A DNA stretch of 63,615 bases, filler included, from Nemertoderma westbladi (taxonomy: Eukaryota > Animalia > Xenacoelomorpha): assembly GCA_032718475.1 (NCBI GenBank). It is 3 parts of 3 records of this genome, joined end to end, with 100 filler letters (N's around TTAATTAATTAA, not from the genome) between each part and the next. Parts side by side here need not be neighbours in the genome. Positions count along the whole stretch, not along the records: positions 38,870 to 63,615 come from JAUCBJ010001782.1; 2 more parts are not named here. One strand, given 5' to 3'. This document shows positions 60,499-63,615 of this stretch, in pieces. The position numbers and the translations under genes are program-made. The stretch's first letter is position 1, and each line of letters opens with the position of its first letter. The notes beneath the pieces were generated by a model. The model was not told where the DNA came from. It was given only the letters and a program-made list of their open reading frames with translations, and made no database searches.

Positions 60499-63289
60499 TA
60501 TATAATATGTTCACATGGATACAGGATACAGTACTTTGTAATACCGTGTGTGTTCGAAAATGCTCAATACAAGTTTGAAACTTGTATTTGTAGTAATAGT
60601 AATACTGTAGTTGTAGTGCTAACGCTTTTGATATTTAACAAATTTATCACATTTTGATTTATCTTGGTACCAGAAGGTCGTTCTGGCAATATTTTACCCT
60701 TCCATCTGTATGTGAGGCCAAGACTCAAATACTTATGTCCATCAAAATGATCGATATATATTGTCTCTACGTTATTTAGTTGAGAAATACATTTAATCAT
60801 GAAAGGTGTAAATGATAGGATATATTTATTTTAAATTTATATTACTTTTCATAATTTGGTGCCAGTCAATGTACCCAAGTATTAATTTGAATACAAGTCT
60901 CCAAAAGATAATAATATTTTCATGAAGTAATACAGATTTTCTGAATAGTTGATTTCAATCTAATTTAACCGAATCCCACAAATTTACCTGTGGCGTGATG
61001 TAAGGCGCGAAATCTTTGGGAGTGTCGTCGATCGCTTCAGCCATTCCGTTGGTGTTGGCTAAAATCCGAACGGTAGAAAACCATTAATAGGAGGGCGGAG
61101 GTGCGTAAACGATTCTAACTGCGTCACCCACGACGCTGATACACTCGCTGGCATTACTTATGACTTTATATCTTAAGGCAGTGGAAGCGTATAGAGTTAC
61201 TGGTTTCCTGGTTGGCCCCTATCATCAAAGTCTGTTTGGCCATCCGTGGTTTAACCGGGGCACTGTTCGGAATAAGTTAAGTAAACGCAGATCCCTCCCA
61301 ACTCAAATTATAGCCCCGAGCTTAAGGCACTGCTGTGTAGAGAAAGCATGGTGAAGTAGTAATGGGGACAGAGGGAGGCGTGTGCAAGGGAGGTCAACTG
61401 AATGTTAACTCGTACATGGCCTCGGGCGTTGCTTTAACTAACAACTCATACACCATCCACTGTGTACATAACTACGCTATCCTAATTATTCTTGGTAATT
61501 GAAACAAGTACATTCCGCTTGTAGGCTTATAATGAGTTACTCTAAAAGACGTGCCCATTTACTAACTCCATACTAACTATAGTTAGTACCTAGTTAGAGT
61601 TAATTATCGGATGTTGTTTAGGTCGGTATAGAAAACACGATGGAGTCTTGTAAGGATGTAAATAAATGTCTCACACAGTGGAGTGTTGATGACATGGGAG
61701 CTATTGCTATGTATAGACAGAATTCCAAATCATTAAATACATTCCACAAAAAATATCACCCTGCTTTCTCAAGATAATGGTGCCTATGTATTATTTTATA
61801 TAGTTTACATTTCCATATGCAGTAGTTTCGCGTTCCCTGTTGTCACATTTTAGAATGTTCCTTTTTTTTGCACATATTTATTATGTACGTCCATGTCCAT
61901 ATAGTTGTATTTATTTATCTACATTATTTGTTTACCTTGTTGAGGTAATATTATATTGATTCCTTTCAGTTTTTCAATGAATCCACAGTAGATTTTCTAT
62001 CAATATCAAATTACGAACAGCTCACATGGGATTTCTGGTTAAACCGCCAAATAATGTTTCATTACCATCTGTACTTATGCCTGTAGGCGGTAGGCAGGTA
62101 AGTCACGGTATAAGATTACGGGATGTCCAACCAGCACTGTGTGTGTGCCCTACCGAACCGTCAGTTACCAGCCGATGATAGAATGGATTAAGGCGAGAAT
62201 TAACTCAACCCACCTCTAAAGCTAAATCCCCCCTAGTAGTTCTGGCTGTCCCTTCGCCGGGGCCGATATAAACCTCATCACGCTAAGCTAATACCACCAT
62301 GATGAGCTAAAAAATCCACCAATTACCCCCAGCTAAGTCCCTCTCAACATTGCAGTAGATGATCTTTCAATGATTAAAGGACATCCTATCTGTGATTCAA
62401 TTGTCGGTGAGACGCATCGGTACCGGTGGCGCGGTTTCTTTATTCAGTCGTTCCGAAATCCATTTTAACCAAATCATGAGTCCATGAAATTTGTTCGAGT
62501 GATTGACGCCTGGAATGTGGGAGAGCGCTTAGAGGTGGTTACAGCGGCGTGGCGTATAAACCCGATGGGGCGGTCCAACCGAAACCGTGTTTATCGCAAC
62601 TCTATACGCTACTGCGTTTTGATTGAGTAGGCGATCCGATGGAGTGCGTTAGGTCATGAATAGTTAATAAAACAATAGGCGAATTAGGCCAGTTTGGTGT
62701 TTGTGAGCCCATTTATTCTTTCTACTCCCTTGGGATGCAACCGCCCCTCCTACTCTCATCAAGTTCCTGTTGGAATCCTCTCGAAAGATAATTTCTTTGC
62801 GGCCTTGTTTGCGCACAACAAGTTATCGGGTATGTTACTGGGAAGGGCTGTATCTCTAGGGATCCGCTCAACCTGTTGACTGTGACTGTTCCTACTCCTG
62901 TAAGCACTTTAACCGCAGCAAACTTGTTTGTACCTCAAGAACTAAACATCGATTATTCATAGTAGAGCCGGCCACTCCGTAAGCTAATTGCCTAACCACA
63001 CAATAGAAGAATGACACGTTTGGGATTACAGGAATTGAACAGCCCCTCTACTTAGCTTTAGCTATATGATTGATTGTGGCAGCCTAATGCTAACTAAAGT
63101 CAGTGTTAATGATGTTACAATAATGACGGTCATATGCAGTATTGTAAAGCTCATTATTGTTGGGTTTCCTGAACTAAGCCACTGAGTGTTGTAATTCCAG
63201 CACACCATTCATTCAACTGCCCAAGGGAAAACTCTGAACTCTATTAATCCACACTTTTCTTGTAAACCATTCCGCAGTATCCGATCGTA

Positions 63290-63585
63290 AGATATCTTAT
63301 CAAACCAATAGCTAGATTACTAAATCGTAAGCTATGTTACCAAACCGTAAGCTAAATTTCCAAACCGTAAGTTATGTTACCAAACCGTAAGCTAAATTTC
63401 CAAACCGTAGGTTATGTTACCAAACCTTAAGCTTACTTACCAAAACGTAAGCGATATTACCAAACCGTAAGCTTTCGTCCCAAACCGTAAGCTATCTTAT
63501 AAAACAGAAAGTTATGTACCAAATCGACTGGAAAATGGGAATCGCACGCTATCTTACCAAACTGTACGTTGTCTTACCAAGCCAT
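63290..63585. repeat. 20-bp degenerate tandem repeat
   Basis: Unit ~CAAACCGTAAGCTATGTTAC. Confidence 0.85.
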
Positions 63586-63615
63586 AAACTATATTTCAAA
63601 ATAGTACGCTTTCTT

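Overview
Eukaryotic, invertebrate-metazoan-like genomic DNA (AT-rich, spliceosomal introns, dense transposon debris). Two 100-bp N/TTAATTAATTAA/N linkers (22597-22696, 38770-38869) split it into three segments whose adjacency is unproven. Host genes: a LamG/pentraxin-like exon, a spliced secreted PAN/apple-domain gene, a spliced HEXXH zinc metalloprotease of a bacterial-type family, and single-exon HRC-like, MRPL20 and ZNF598 genes. Mobile DNA: an intact spliced MULE transposase, an intact two-ORF LINE, decayed gypsy, RTE and L2/CR1 pieces, a solo LTR, a SINE and MITEs. The most unusual object is a 12.57-kb BEL/Pao-type LTR element (2770-15338, minus strand, GGGGA TSD). It has Gag-protease but no RT/RNase H/integrase, and its polyprotein ends in an acidic tract plus a transmembrane helix. 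It has no tRNA primer site but an exact 11-nt self-complementary one. It carries antisense cargo: six paralogous covarying RNA hairpins, a TACTAAC array, a duplicated ~650-nt structured RNA followed by a small ORF, and two ORFans. Family assignments come from motif recognition and RNA folds were done by hand; no searches were run.
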